64,000 nt of DNA from Hemiscyllium ocellatum (taxonomy: Eukaryota), in contig NC_083412.1 in assembly GCF_020745735.1 (NCBI RefSeq), positions 45,263,181 to 45,327,180 of the forward strand. Direction: 5' to 3'. The notes beneath the pieces are model-generated. The model was not told where the DNA came from. It did not search any database and saw only the letters and a list, made by a program, of their open reading frames with translations. Below, piece by piece: positions 22,938 to 35,980 of the stretch. The first letter of the stretch is position 1. Each line of letters begins with the position of its first letter. Position numbers and translations under genes: made by a program.

Positions 22938-23463
22938 CAACCATTCCATCTCCTCAGGGTACAGAGTTGGTTAAATGTTTTCACTCCGGTCGAGATGCAG
23001 TTTGTGCAACTCCACCAATTGCTTTTCTTTCTCTATCAGTAGTTAAAACGTAGAAACTAATATGTATTAGAAATGTAGACACATGACAAGATTTTTTTTG
23101 GCTGGCTTGAAGAGGAAGAAATGGTAAATGCTATGCTAAATTTGATGAGATTAAGAAATTCTTGCAGTGCGTGAAGCTGGTGTACTCATTGAATAATGAG
23201 CATTGATTGTGGTCAACCATTCCATCTCCTCTGGGTTGGCTAAATGTTTCCAGTCCTGTTGATATCCAATTTGTGCAACTTCATCAGTTGCATTTCTTCC
23301 TCTAAAAGAATTTAAAATATAGAAACCAAAATGTATTAGAAATATAGCCACATGGCAAGATTTTTTTTCGGCTGGATTGAAGAGGGAGAAATAGTAAATG
23401 CTTTGCTAAATTTAATGAGATTTTAAAAATGTTGCAGTGCATGAAGCTGGTGCACTCATTGAA
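22938..23463. repeat. Two-copy tandem duplication, unit about 275 bp
   Basis: caaccattccatctcctc...gaagctggtgYactcattgaa occurs from 22938 and again from 23214, roughly 80% identical. Confidence 0.9.
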
Positions 23464-23571
23464 AAATGAACAGCCATCATTAGATATCAATAACATGGCT
23501 TGTGGAAGCATGTCAACACAGCAAACTAATCAGCAGACTTATCAGAAAAGTTACAAAGATTTTTCAAAAGT

Positions 23572-24200
23572 CATAGAACATAGAACATTACAGCACAGTA
23601 CAGGCCCTTCGGCCCTCAATGTTGTGCTGACCTGTCATACCAATCTGAAGCCCATCTAACCCACACTATTCCATATACGTCCATATGCTTGTCCAATGAC
23701 GACTTAAATTTACTTAAAGTTGGCGAATCTAGTACCGTTGCAGGCAAAGCATTCCATACGCTCTGAGTAAAGAAACTACCTCTGACATCTGTCCTATATC
23801 TATCACCCCTCAATTTAAATCTATACCTCCTTGTGCTCGCCATCACCATTCTTGGAAAAAGGGTCTCCCTGTCCACCCTCTAATTATCTTATATGTCTCT
23901 ATCAAGTTACCCCTCAACCTTCTCTCTAACGAAAACAGCTTCAAGTCCCTCAGCCTTTCCCCGTAAGACCTTCCCTCCATACCAGGCTACATCCTAGTAA
24001 ATCTCCTCTGCACCCTTTCCAAAGCTTCCACATCCTTCTTATAATGCAGTGACCAGAACTGTACACAATACTCCAAGTGCAGCCGCACTAGAGTTTTGAA
24101 CAGCTGTAGCATAACCTCATGGTTCCGGAACTCGATCCCTCTATTAATAAAAGCTAAAACACTGTATGCCTTCTTAACAATCTTGTCAATCTGGGTGGCT
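23572..24200 (-). mobile_element. 5'-truncated CR1 LINE, (CATAGAA)n-tail subfamily
   Basis: ORFs 23987-24214 (LFKTLVRLHLEYCVQFWS) and 23616-23876. Confidence 0.92.
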
Positions 24201-25501
24201 TTGATTGTAGACAATTGAGAGCAACGTAGGTTTTAAAATTGGTATTGCAGTCTCCTCAAAAATGTCTGTGTTTAAAAGTATAAGCATTATATAGAAATAG
24301 AAAATGACTTATTAAATGGCATCTCCTTTGTGCTGTATATGGAAGATATGATCCTTTTACTGCTTCAGAGTATTAACACAGATGTGGAACAAAAACATAA
24401 AATATTTCTGACATTATAATATTGTTTGCTTTTGAGTAGAAAATTAACCAACTCAATTAATATGTTGAAAAATGTTTCCCCTAGTTATTTGATATTATGT
24501 AGCCAAACAAACAAACATTAACATGCATTGGCGACTGTCGAAGCAGTTCTATCATCATTCAGAGGGTTGCAGGCTTTCATGGTTTCTCCTTTCAATTAGA
24601 AGTACCTGATCAACGCCTTTATCTAACCAAATGATCTGAATCAGGATTTGTTGTTCATAGAGTTATGGCCCTTAATGTTGGCCCTACCATTGTTTAAGAT
24701 CATTCTTCAGGGGATAATTGAATTTTACCATTACATTGCCTCAGACAATCTATTATATTGCAGTTGTCAGTGTCTGGTGTTTTCCTTTGGGAAGAAGATT
24801 GAAAGGAAAACAATGGCAAACTTGAAATTGTCTAACAACCAAAACAAAATATTAAACTATGAAGAAATAGATCACTTATTCATAAAAGGTAAAATGTAGA
24901 ATGCATCTCTTCTTCAGCCATCAGTAACAGGATAAATGCTGACACAAAAATTCTTATTACTCATCTGAATTTTGCAAGGTCTACAAAACTTTAAATAATG
25001 CATTATGAGAATGCTGGTTCTCTGCATTATCAGATGCTATCAGTCAACCTTATCTTGCCCACAAACCAGCACAAGAATGTGCTTCAGTGAATCAAACTAT
25101 GAATCACACCTCTTGCATCAAGTGTAAGTAAAACTTGGTGCTGATCAAATTGATCTGACTCAAGGTTCATACTGACTTTGCAAATGATGGCAATTGCAAA
25201 AATCTATTGGTGCTTTCATGAACCAGCTTAAATTTTCCCTTCCAAGTCAACAAAATTGTGTAATTTGAGTTTCATCATCAATCAAGTGACTTGATGAGCT
25301 TTGTCACAAGAACCTACAATGGACTAGCTACAGATTTTAGAGTTAATCAATTAGTTTAGTACATGGGCCTTTGTGTCAAAATAATACTTGCCTACTTGGC
25401 AAGTAAGGTCATGCCTCTTGTGATTAATATCTGTGAGTTAAAATTTAGAACAGTGCAGCTGTATCATGCTTAAATTATTCTTTTAAAATTACATGAACTT
25501 T

Positions 25502-25591
25502 GTTGTGGTTCTGTTCGCCGAGCTGGGAGTTTTTGTTGCAAACGTTTCATCCCCTTTCTAGGTGACATCCTCAGTGCTTGGGAGTCTCCTG
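25502..25591 (-). mobile_element. PLE terminal fragment, family D, with near-intact hammerhead
   Basis: 8-bp TSD TGAACTTT (25494-25501 / 25592-25599); minus strand gca-CTGAGGA-t-gtcacc tagaaa ggggat-GAAA-cg-tt-tgc. Confidence 0.7.
25538..25577 (-). ncRNA. Minimal type-I hammerhead ribozyme, family D
   Basis: GCA/UGC stem I, CUGAGGA + extra U, stem II with a G-U closing pair and one mismatch, GAAA, palindromic ACGU, GUU cleavage triplet. Confidence 0.6.
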
Positions 25592-25962
25592 TGAACTTTC
25601 ATGCTTAACTTCTGATGAGTAAGAAAGTAAGAATGTTCTCATTACGAGAAACATCCTGTGAAATGAAAGTGTTATTTTACTCAGTGATGTTTGATGCTCA
25701 AAAGACATTTTCTGTTTTTGTTAGGGACATGAGTCATTTGCTATTGTACTTGCAACAATTTCTAGTTAAGAGGATACAGTAAGTACAGAAATTTGCTTTG
25801 AAATTTTCACTTAGTGCACTGGGGAAGAAAAGAGAGGATTTTTCAGGGAGCAATTTTGTGTGAGATGTGAGGAGAAAGAAGAAAAATCAATTAAAAGGAG
25901 AGTCGAGCAAATTACAACAAACTAAAATTCTCCACTTGGTGAGGTAGAATGCAGTCAAAATG

Positions 25963-26330
25963 AAGCTGAGGGGTGACCTTATAGATAGGGCAAATAGGCA
26001 TGGTCTTTTCCCCAAGATGGGTGAGTTCAAAACTAGACAACATAGGCTGAAGGTGAGAGGGGAAAGATTTCAAAGGCACCTATGGGGCAACTTTTTCATG
26101 GAGAAGGTGGTACATGCATGGAATGAGCTGCCAGAAGAAGTGGTGGAAGCTGGTACAATTGTAACATTTAAAAAGCATTTGGATGCTTACATGAATAGAA
26201 AGGGTTTGGAGAGATATGGGCCAAATGCTGGCAAATGGGGCTAGATTTATTTAGGATATTTGGTTAGCATAGACAAGTTGGACCAAAGTAACTGTTTTCA
26301 TGCTGTAATCATCTCTGTGATTCTATGACT
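25963..26330 (+). mobile_element. CR1 LINE 3' fragment
   Basis: ORF 25960-26244 LRGDLI...NFFMEKVVHAWNELPEEVVEA. Confidence 0.9.
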
Positions 26331-26439
26331 GTTAAGTAAAACTGTGCAGGACAGAGCAGCCTGAGTTTTTGGAACCTGCCTTAGTTGTTTAAACATCAAC
26401 CTCCCTCCACCTTTGGAGTGCCTTGGACAGAAGTGTTCA

Positions 26440-26750
26440 TTAGATGTACTTAGCATTACATTAAATCTTCAAGGTTTCTCAAGGATTACCGCTCAAACCT
26501 CTGAGATCCATGATTAGGAACCACAAGGACATCAAAAGCATAAGAACACAATCAACTTGATATTCCTTACAAGCCTCATACTTTTCTTTTTTTCATTGTT
26601 GTTATGTCAATATCCTGGAACTTTCTATCCAAAAAGCATAGTGGGAGAACCTCACCACATGATCGTCAGTGATCAAGATCACTACTTTGAAGGCACCTTG
26701 GTGTGAGCAATTAATATTAACATTTTGAGCAAACCTACATCTGGAGAATG
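26440..26750 (+). mobile_element. Decayed LINE 3' end/UTR; similar pieces at 32600-32870 and 33660-34080
   Basis: Degenerate similarity among these segments. Confidence 0.35.
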
Positions 26751-26859
26751 AAGCTATCAATTCGGAGAAAGACACTCTTTAGTCTGCCCAAAGCTTGGCC
26801 TCCTTTTAGTGCAAAACATTGTCCTCAATTGAGTTTTATAGACTGGCATTTTCCAAGGT

Positions 26860-27060
26860 CCATAAGACAATATGTTATAGAAGCAGAATGAGGCAATTCA
26901 GTCCATTGAGTCTGCTCCACTATTAAATCATGACAGATTTGGGTTCTGAACCCCTTTCTCCTGTCATTTACCATTAACTCTTGATTCCCTTCTCAAATAA
27001 GAACTAATGCATCTCTGTCTTTCGTACACTTAAATTATTTAGCTTCCACAGCACACTGTG
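26860..27060 (-). mobile_element. CR1 LINE 3' end fragment
   Basis: Homologous to 17580-17750. Confidence 0.55.
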
Positions 27061-27709
27061 ACATTGAGCTCCACAAAATGGAACATTGTGCATAAAACAT
27101 CATGCTGCATCAAACTTTCTGTAATTTTCTACTTGTTTTCTTTTTGTCTTGAAATTGTATACCTGATACAGAATGTATTTTGGAAATATTATGCCTTTTA
27201 CAAATCTATTGAGTTAACATGCTGTATGGGGAAGTTGAATTTTTGCAGTGTACTTGTACAAATTTAATGAGTTTGAATTTTTGGAGAAAAATAAACAGTA
27301 AACAGTAAAAAGCAGTTGGTGAAGAAAACCCAATATAATTTATGATAAGTCAAGGGTTTTTAAGAAATAGGAATATGAGTTGGCCTTCAAAGTCCTTTGA
27401 AATACATTCATAGTTGATCTAATCATTTGTGACCTTAATTGTATTTTCCTTTCTGACTCCCGTAATCTTTGACTTGTTGATCAACAATCTGTCTAACCCA
27501 ACCTCAAATACATTCAGTGACCCAGCCTCTGCTGTGGAAGAGAAATGAAAGAATAATGGCCCTTGGTAGAAGGAAATCTTTCTCTATCATGTTTCTTACC
27601 AGTAATTTATTTTTAATCTATGTCCATGCTATACACCCAACTGTACACTCAACCGGTCCATCCTTTCTTTATAAAAACAAATCCATCCTTAGAATCACCA
27701 CAATTACAA

Positions 27710-28265
27710 AAGACAGAAGAACAAAATTAGGCTACTTGGCCCATTGATTCTGTTTCTCCATTCAGTGAGTTTGATGTCTGATCTGATAATTCTCAGTTCC
27801 ACTTTCCTGCCTTTTATCCATAGTCCTTGATTCCATTACAGATTTTAAAATGTCTATCTCAGCTTTAAATATACTTAACATTCCAGACTGTACAGTTCGC
27901 TCTAATATAGAATTCCAGAGGCTCACTACCCCCTTAGAGGAAAAACAAAAAATGCCTCTTTATCTTTGAATTAACTGAATGACCCTTTGCTCTGAGATTA
28001 TGCTTTCTGGTCTGAGACATTCCCACAAGTGGAAACAAATCCTCCACATCTACCCTATCAAGCCTCCTAAGGACCTTCAATAAGATCACCTCATTCTTCT
28101 AAACTCCAATGAGCATAGGTCCAATCTACTCAACCTGTACTAATGCGTAGGACCATCCTAGAGAACCTCGACAGAACTACCTCCCATGCTGGTATATCTT
28201 TCCTTAGCTAAGGGAACCAAAACTGTTCACGGTATTCTAGGTGTGATCTAACGAGTGTCTTGTAA
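27710..28265 (-). mobile_element. Old CR1 LINE 3' fragment; further piece at 27360-27600
   Basis: cattcttctaaactccaatgag is the antisense of the CR1 ORF2 LGL.SLEFRRMRGDLI segment. Confidence 0.7.
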
Positions 28266-28442
28266 CTTTCTTCTGTCCAAGTCATTATGAAATGCAAATA
28301 AATGAACAAAATCAATTAATCAATCAATAACTCCTTCCCCCAACTCCCCAAACTCTGCTCATAACCTGATGGAAAACATATCATTTGCTTGGATGAGTGC
28401 AACTTGATTAACACTGAAAAAGCTTGACACTTTCTAGAACAA

Positions 28443-28595
28443 GGAGAAAGTGAGGACTGCAGATACTGGAGATCAGAGTCAATAGTGTGTGGTGCTGGAA
28501 AAGCACAGCAGGTCATGTAGCATCTAAAGGAGCAGGAGAATTGATGTTTCGGGCAGAAGTCCTTCATCAGGAGTCCAGCACCCCACACACTCGAC
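28443..28595 (-). mobile_element. PLE-derived insertion, family A (full left arm, vestigial right arm)
   Basis: gagaaagtgaggactgcagat...gtttcgggcagaagtccttcatcagga; degenerate TSD acttt(ct/tg)agaacaa. Confidence 0.8.
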
Positions 28596-28802
28596 TTTTG
28601 AGAACAAAGCAACCTGTATGGTTAATACAATTGTAGCAATTAGTAACCTGATTCTGTCAACACATCTTGGTTTCTTACATCTTCATAGTCTTGACTAGCA
28701 AAATATTATCACTGTCAATGACTATTTGAGGAAATATCTACTGTGTCTTCATGGCAGAGTGTTCCAAACTTGAGCAAACCCCTTCCTATAGGCTGACATA
28801 AT

Positions 28803-28975
28803 CATAGTCACAGAGTCAGAGTCATACAACATGGAAAAAGATGCTTTGCCCAAGCAGTCCATGCCCAACATATCCCATACTAAACTAATCCCGCATGCCT
28901 TCTCCTGGCCCTTATCCCCTCAAATCTTTTTTATTCCTGTACCACCCTTTCTGTAAAAAAAAGTTGTCCATCATG
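28803..28975 (-). mobile_element. Older CR1 3' end, split by the next element and resuming at 30622-30690
   Basis: Antisense CR1 tail; ...gtccatcatgt | cttttaaaatctctctcctctcac... is contiguous CR1 sequence. Confidence 0.6.
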
Positions 28976-30621
28976 TAGAGAAATAGATGGTGACATTTTG
29001 CAAAATGTCCAGATTACAGAGGAGGAAGTGCTGGATGTCTTGAAACGGTTAAAGGTGGATAACTCCCCAGAGCCTGATCAGGTGTACCCAAGAACTCTGT
29101 AGGAAGCTAGAGAAGTGATTGCTGGGCCTCTTGCTGAAATATTTGTATCATCGATAGTCACAGGGGAGGTGTCGGAAGACTGGAGATTGGCAAACGTGGT
29201 GCCACTGTTTAAGAAGGGTGGTAAGGACAAGCCAGGGAACTATAGACTGGTGAGCCTGACCTCAGTGGTGGGTAAGTTGTAGGAGGGAATCCTGAGGGAC
29301 AGGATGTACGTATATTTGGAAAGGCAAGGATTGATTTGGGATAGTCAACATGGCTTTGTGCGTGGGAAATCATGTCTCACAAACTTGATTGAGTTTTTTG
29401 AAGAAGTAACAAAGAAGATTGATGAGGGCAGAGCAGTAGATGTGATCTATATGGACTTCAGTAAGGCGTTCATCAAGGTTCCCCATGGGAGACTGATTAG
29501 CAAAGTTAGATCTCATGGAATATAGGGAGAACTAGCCATTTGGATACAGAACTGGCTCAAAGGTAGAAGACAAAGATGGTGGTGTTTTTTAGACTGGAGG
29601 CTTGTGACTAGTGGAGTGCCACAAGGATCGGTGCTGGGTCCTCTACTTTTTGTCATTTACGTAAATGATTTGGATGCTAGCATAAGAGGTACAGTTAGTA
29701 CGTTTGCAGATGACACCAAAATTGGAGGTGTAGTGGACAGCGAAGAGGATTACCTCAGATTACAACAGGATCTGGACCAGATGGGCCAATGGGCTGAGAA
29801 GTGGAAGATGGAGTTTAATTCAGATAAATGCGAGATGCTGCATTTTGGGAAAACAAATCTAAGCAGGATTTATACACTTAATGGTAAAGTCTGAGGGAGT
29901 GTTGCTGAACAAAGAGACCTTGGAGTGCTGGTTCATAGCTCCTTGAAAGTGGAGTCTCAGGTAGATAGGATATTGAAGAAGGCGTTTGGTATGCTTTCCT
30001 TTATTGGTCAGAGTATTGAGTACAGGAGTTGAGAGGTCATGTTGCGGCTGTACAGTACGTTGGTTAGGCCACTGTTGGAATATTACGTGCAATTCTGATC
30101 TCCTTCCTTTCGAAAAGATGTTGTGAAACTTGAAAGGGTTCAGAAAAGATTTACAAGGATGTTGCCAGGGTTGGAGGATCATAGCTCCAGTGGGAGGCTG
30201 AACAGGCTTGGGCTGTTTTCCCTGGAGTGTCAGAGGCTGAGGGGTGACCTTATAGAGGGTTACAAAATTATGAGGGGCATGGATAGGATAAATAGACAAA
30301 GTCTTTTCCCTGGGGTCGGGGAGTCCAGACTGAGAGGGCATAGGTTTAGGGTGAGAGGGGAAAGATATAAAAGACCTAAGGAGCAACTTTTTCACGCAGA
30401 GGGTGGTACATGTATGGAATGAGCTGCCAGAGAAAGTGTTGGAGGCTGGTACAATTGCAACATTTAAGAGGCATTTGGATGGGTATATGAATAGGAAGGG
30501 TTTAGAGGGATATGGGCCGGGTGCTGGCAGATGGGACTAGATTGGGTTGGGATATCTGGTCGGCATGGACGGGTTGGACAGAAGGGTCTGTTTCTCTATG
30601 TCTAGTACATCTCTATGACTC
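28976..30621 (+). mobile_element. CR1 (HER1-like) LINE, 1.65 kb, disrupted reverse transcriptase
   Basis: QHGFVRGKSCLTNL, DVIYMDFSKAF, SGVPQGSVLGPLLF and FADDTK RT motifs; in-frame stops and frameshifts; intact 3' tail. Confidence 0.96.
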
Positions 30622-30879
30622 TGTCTTTTTAAAATCTCTCTCCTCTCACGTTAAAATTGTGCCCCTGGTCTTGAAATGCCCCATCCTAGATTATTTAATA
30701 ACTTTCTTCTTGAACAATCTGGGCTTGTGTTGAAATTATTTCTTTTTGTCCTGTGATTTCCCTCCAGGATACAGAAGTTTTATCTTCCTTTTGAAATCCT
30801 TTAAAAAACTCCAGTCAAATTAATATTCCATCTGCTATATTCATGGAAAACAAGCTCAGTTCATTAATGCACGCATCAA

Positions 30880-31660
30880 ACCCACTAAGAATCTGTGTTG
30901 CATGCTTTCAAGACCAATGTAGATCAGGTGCAGTGGTCAAAAATGTATATTTTCAAACCAGAGATGTGGTCTAAACAGGGATTTGTATAGCTGAGGCAAA
31001 ACCTATTTGTCTCTACCTTCCTTCTGTTGATTAAAAGCTACTTTCTGGGTCTTGATTTTTTTAAATGCCTGGCCATTTGCTTTCTCATTCTTGGTGTACA
31101 TGGAACACTCACACTCTGTTGACCTAAGTTTAAACAAGGGTTTGCCCATTATTCCTCAAAGTAGAGGACTTCACACTTAACCTGCATTAAAAAAGAAACT
31201 GCCATTGTTTTGATTCCATTCACTTAATCTATTAATATTTGTTTGTAATTGTGTGTCTACATTACTAACTACTGTATGCCACTAAAATTAGTGTCATCAG
31301 CAAGCTTGAGTATGAAGCTCTTTCCTGTTACATATATGTTGAAAATAAATGTGAATATATCAGGCTGTACCATAGATAATTATGGTCAAAGCACTTGACA
31401 CATTCTTCCAATTGTTATACATGCCTATTATCTCTTGTTTGTTATTCTTTATGTTTTAACTAGTTCCCTCAACAGGCTAACAATTTGTCTTCAATTTTAT
31501 GTAATCATCTCTTCTGTGAAATCATACTGAATGCCTTCCTGGAGATCATACAAACTACGTCCATATACTTGCCTCGGTTACGACTTCACTTGCATTCCAA
31601 AAAAATTCATTTAGTTTCTTAACTATGATCAACTGGTTACGTATCCCTGTGGCGGACTCT
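30880..31660 (-). mobile_element. Very old CR1 RT fragment
   Basis: Antisense remnants, e.g. ttagtgtcatcagcaagctt (K.ADDT.L) and actgaatgccttc. Confidence 0.5.
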
Positions 31661-32917
31661 AATTAATTGAATTAATCTAACTACTTTGTCACTTTGCTTG
31701 GAATCTATAATTAAGGATAGACTCTACCTCACCATGGTGGTGCATTGAATTTTGTAAAGTTGCTGTACTAATGAAACAGATGCAAGTTAAAACTTCTTCA
31801 AACTGTCTTGGGCTAGTAATTAAAAATGACTTCCCTTTAAATAGAGTGGTAAACTGCTAACACTGTCAGCTAACCAAAAGGGCATGAATTGAAGTGTGGA
31901 GTCTCATTCTTTCAGGTTGTGAGTTGCTTTGGGAAATCTTGAAGGTACTATGTTAAATTCAGATTTCTCTTTTCTCTTGTGATTAGTTTAACATTGTTTT
32001 CCATCTATTTGCTATTTTCTGATTTGATATTGAATTAATCTGCCATAGGCCTTCAACTGCTAAACATCTCATGAATGAAGGAGAAAGCTTGTTGACTGCC
32101 CTGTTTCATTACTGGCCTGCACTTTGAGCAAATTAGTGGACACATTTGCTTCAGGAGTTCCCTCTGTCAGATATTTTCGTATCAACTTGTTCAGAAATAT
32201 TAGTATGCATCTCTGGAACAACTGGGACTTGGAATCAATTTTCTTGGTTGGAAGTAGGGACACTACTGCTGTACCATAAGAGAGTAGATATTTTTAAGTA
32301 GTTAAATTGCTTGCCATGGGACATATATGATCGAGAAGAACATGCAGCAGGCTGTTTAGAAGTTTTCCACTATCAGGTTCACCTGAAAGTCAGATACTAT
32401 CCTTACTTGAAAATATATGTAATTCATTCATTGCCCCTTGTGCCACTGCAGTGAGTCATACAGTTGCCTTATGGACTTGTTCAGACATGTTATGAAGTAC
32501 CTTTGGCATAAGTAGAACTTGAACCCAGGCCTTCTGGCCCAGAGCTCTGCATACTAAAGGCTTTATCCTTTATCCTATTGTCTTCAGCTCCTTAAGCAAT
32601 GATCTTTCCTCCATCATAATTTTAAAAGTCAGGATGTTAACTGATGATTACAGAGTTTCTAGTTCCACTCGCAATTCTGCAGCAAAAGAACCTGCTTTTA
32701 CCTACATGCTGCAGGGTGTAGAAATCATCTAGACTAAGGCTGATAAATTACATGCAATATTCATGCCATACAAATGCCACAGAATGATCATTTCCACGGA
32801 ACAGTTTTAGCTTCTTTGATATTCAATGAGGTTACCACTACTGAACACCTTCCTTATTAACATCCTGATCACGTTAAGGACATGAAAGCAAATTTTCAGT
32901 GTCAGTTCAAAATTGAT

Positions 32918-33110
32918 GTGGAGATGCTGGTGTTGGACTGGGGTGGACAAAGTTACAAATCACACAACGCCAGGTTATTGTCCAACAGGTTTATTTGGAA
33001 GCACTAGCTTTCGGAGTTGACAACCACCTGAAGAAGGAGTGGCGCTTCAAAAGCTAGTGGTTCCAAACAAACCTGTTGGACTATAACTTGGTGTGGTGTG
33101 ATTCATAACT
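32918..33110. mobile_element. PLE-derived palindromic insertion, family B
   Basis: Inverted arms as at 22702; left arm keeps ctccGAAAgctagtg (minus strand), right arm has cacCTGAAGAaggag. Confidence 0.82.
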
Positions 33111-33201
33111 GAATTAAAAATTGTTATGACTCTGGAACAAACAATGGCACATGAGTTAGTCAAGAAGCATGGACAGGTTTTCAGTCTCTCTGAAATTTTA
33201 C

Positions 33202-33279
33202 CTTGCAGAACAGAGTCTTGGATTTTTTTGTTAATAACTGACATATCCTTGAAGAAAAAATTGACATATCGAATGACTT
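33202..33279 (-). other. Exon-like segment (VIRYVNFFFKDMSVINKKIQDSVLQ)
   Basis: Donor CAAG|gtaaaa; acceptor uncertain (ctctcgaag|); phase 1-1. Confidence 0.2.
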
Positions 33280-35104
33280 CTTCGAGAGAATGCCAGTATT
33301 TAATGGAATGAACCAAATTCTCATTGCAAACAATGGGCAATCATTGATCATTTCAGAGCCAGTCACAGTAGCTGCTGCTGCTGCCTTCTCCATAAATGGA
33401 AGATAAAAACATTCATTTCATATGGCAGTAGAATTCGTATTTTGACTTTGGTTGTATCGTCAAACACTGCTCTCAGTAAACTTTCTAAGGCAGCCTACAA
33501 GGTACACTGCAACTGATATACTGCAAACAATGGCTTGAGAATCTGATTTAAATATTGATGTTTATTACTGTCATCTGAAGAGAGAGAATGAGAAGTTTTG
33601 GGTTTCCCCTGTCAATGTCTCACCTCCTGATTTTAAGCCTTTTGACCTTCCAGAAAGCATAAGTTAGCAGTGTAATGAAATACTCCTCACTTCTGCAGTT
33701 CCAACAATGTGCAAGACACTCAACATTATCACAAGTAAAACAGTTGACTTTATTACCACCAACTTTAGCATTCACTGCTTCCATGACTGATACATTGGTA
33801 CAGCTACCTGCACCAAGTAAAAGATGCAGTAAATAACTTGCCAGGTGATATATACCATTTAGAAGGACATGGGCAGTAGGCAATTAGGAAGTCTACCACT
33901 ATCAAGTTCACCTTAAAGTAATATACTCAAACATGTCCTTGCTTAAACATGTACCATTAATCATTCATTGTCCCTATGACACTGTAGTAATTCAAACAGG
34001 TACTTCATGGTTTCATTCACAAGACCAGGTATCAATGGCCAATTAATTTTGCTTTTGGCAGTGCTGCCCACTTCGGTGAATAATTTTTAAAAAACGTTTT
34101 CATCTGAACGTTGTACTATCACAGCGAGCTGCCCTGCTATAGCAAAATATGACCCTACATACTTCCATTTTTCAGCTCCAGCAAGCTTCTCTTGTTCTGC
34201 ATGCATTAAAGATTTGTGTCCCTGATATCTAACACCCCTGATATCATCAACCTCTCCCAAACTGCTTTATAGAATAGCAAGTCAAATCAAAGTAATATCA
34301 TTGTTGCAATATAGGAAACACGCAGCCAATTCATGTATGATAAAATTTCACAAACAGCAATGTGATATGACAAAGTGTTCTTAATAGAGTGATGAATAAT
34401 AGCTGTTGCACTGGGAGGACCTCCATGAATATCATGGAAAGAACTTTTAAATGTTTCGTAGCAGGGTTACAAGGACCACACAAAATTCTGAAGGTGTCTT
34501 GGCATCCCTGACCTGGCTATGAATGTTCAAGGGATGGCTGATGCCTCGCTTGACTTGCCTACTTTCTGCTACCCAGTCTTCTGGTCAAGGGGAGAGGGAT
34601 GGAGATGGGTGGAGAGTGCAGCAAAAACCTGGAAGATTACCTTGGTGGGGCCTAAAGTAGGAAGATTGTGGAGTCACCTGCCACACTGATTCTCTTCCCT
34701 ATTCTGGGCTGCACAAAATCTATACACTGGCACTCCAACATCTCCCAACATGCCCAGCTGATCACAGATCTTGCTGGTGCTGTCAAGACTGAAGTCAGAT
34801 TAGCTGGTGGCTCTCAAAGACATGATTTCATTCTCATACGGGGGCAGAAGTTTCACTTAAAGCAGATTAAATCTCCACAAATGATTATGTAGCTGTGGGG
34901 CAGCTGCCAAGTGTGGCTGTGCATTCCACACCAAACTTTCTAGTGGCACAGTGGTACATTCTGCCCCTTTGGATCATTTTTGTTCGGATTGCAGATGAAA
35001 CCTTTACTGAACATGTCATCTCAAAGGCTAATCATTTTGTGTTACTTCTCCTTTTTATTTCTTCCTTTGAATTTTGTGGGTTACTCTTGAGAGACTGGTT
35101 AGAT

Positions 35105-35980
35105 GGGTTAGATCTCATGGAATACAGGGAGAACTAGCCATTTGGATACAGAACTGGCTCAAAGGTAGAAGACTGAGTGGTAGTGGAAGGTTGTTTTTCA
35201 GACTGGAGGCCTGTGACCAGTGTAGTGCCACAAGGATCGCTGCATGATCCACAACTTTTCATCATTTATATAAATGATTTGGATGTGAGCATAAGAGGGA
35301 TAGATAGTAAGTTTACTGAAAACACCAAAATTGGAGGTGTAGTGGACAGCAAAGAAGGCTCCCTCAGATTACAATGGGATGTGATCATATGGGCCAATGG
35401 GCTGAGAAGTAGCAGATGGAGTACAATTTAGATAAATGTGAGGTGCTGCATTTTGGGAAAGCAAATCTTAGCAGGACTTATATACTTAATGGTAAGGTCC
35501 TCGGGAGTGTTGCTGAACGAAGAGACCTTGGAATGTAGGTTTACAGCTCCTTGAAAGTGGAATTGCAGATAGATAGGATAATGAAGAAGGTCTTTGGAAT
35601 GCTTTCCTTTGTTGGTCAGAGTATTGAGTACAGGAGTTGGGAAGTTATGCTGTGACTGTACAGGACGTTGGTTCCGCCAATGTTGGAATATTGCATGCAA
35701 TTCTGGTCTCCTTCCTATCGGAAGGATGTTGTGAAACTTGAAAAGGTGTTGAAAGGATTGGAGGATTTGAGCTACAGGGAGAGTTTGAACAGGTTGAGGC
35801 TGTTTTCCCTGGAGTGTCGGAGGCTGAGGGGTGACCTTATAGAGGTCTATATAATCATGAGGGGCATGGATAAATAGACACAGTCTCTTCCCTGGGGTGT
35901 GGGTGTCCAGAACGAGAGGGCATAGATTTAAGGTGAGAGGGAAAAGATATAAAAGAGACCTAAGGGGCAACTTTTTCATG
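35105..35980 (+). mobile_element. CR1 LINE fragment, RT C-terminal half
   Basis: ORFs 35177-35431 and 35668-35877; near-identical to 29505-30390. Confidence 0.93.

Noticed and set aside
29304-30422. Functional reverse transcriptase gene
   Set aside because: 5'-truncated, with multiple stops and frameshifts; all CR1 copies here are dead.
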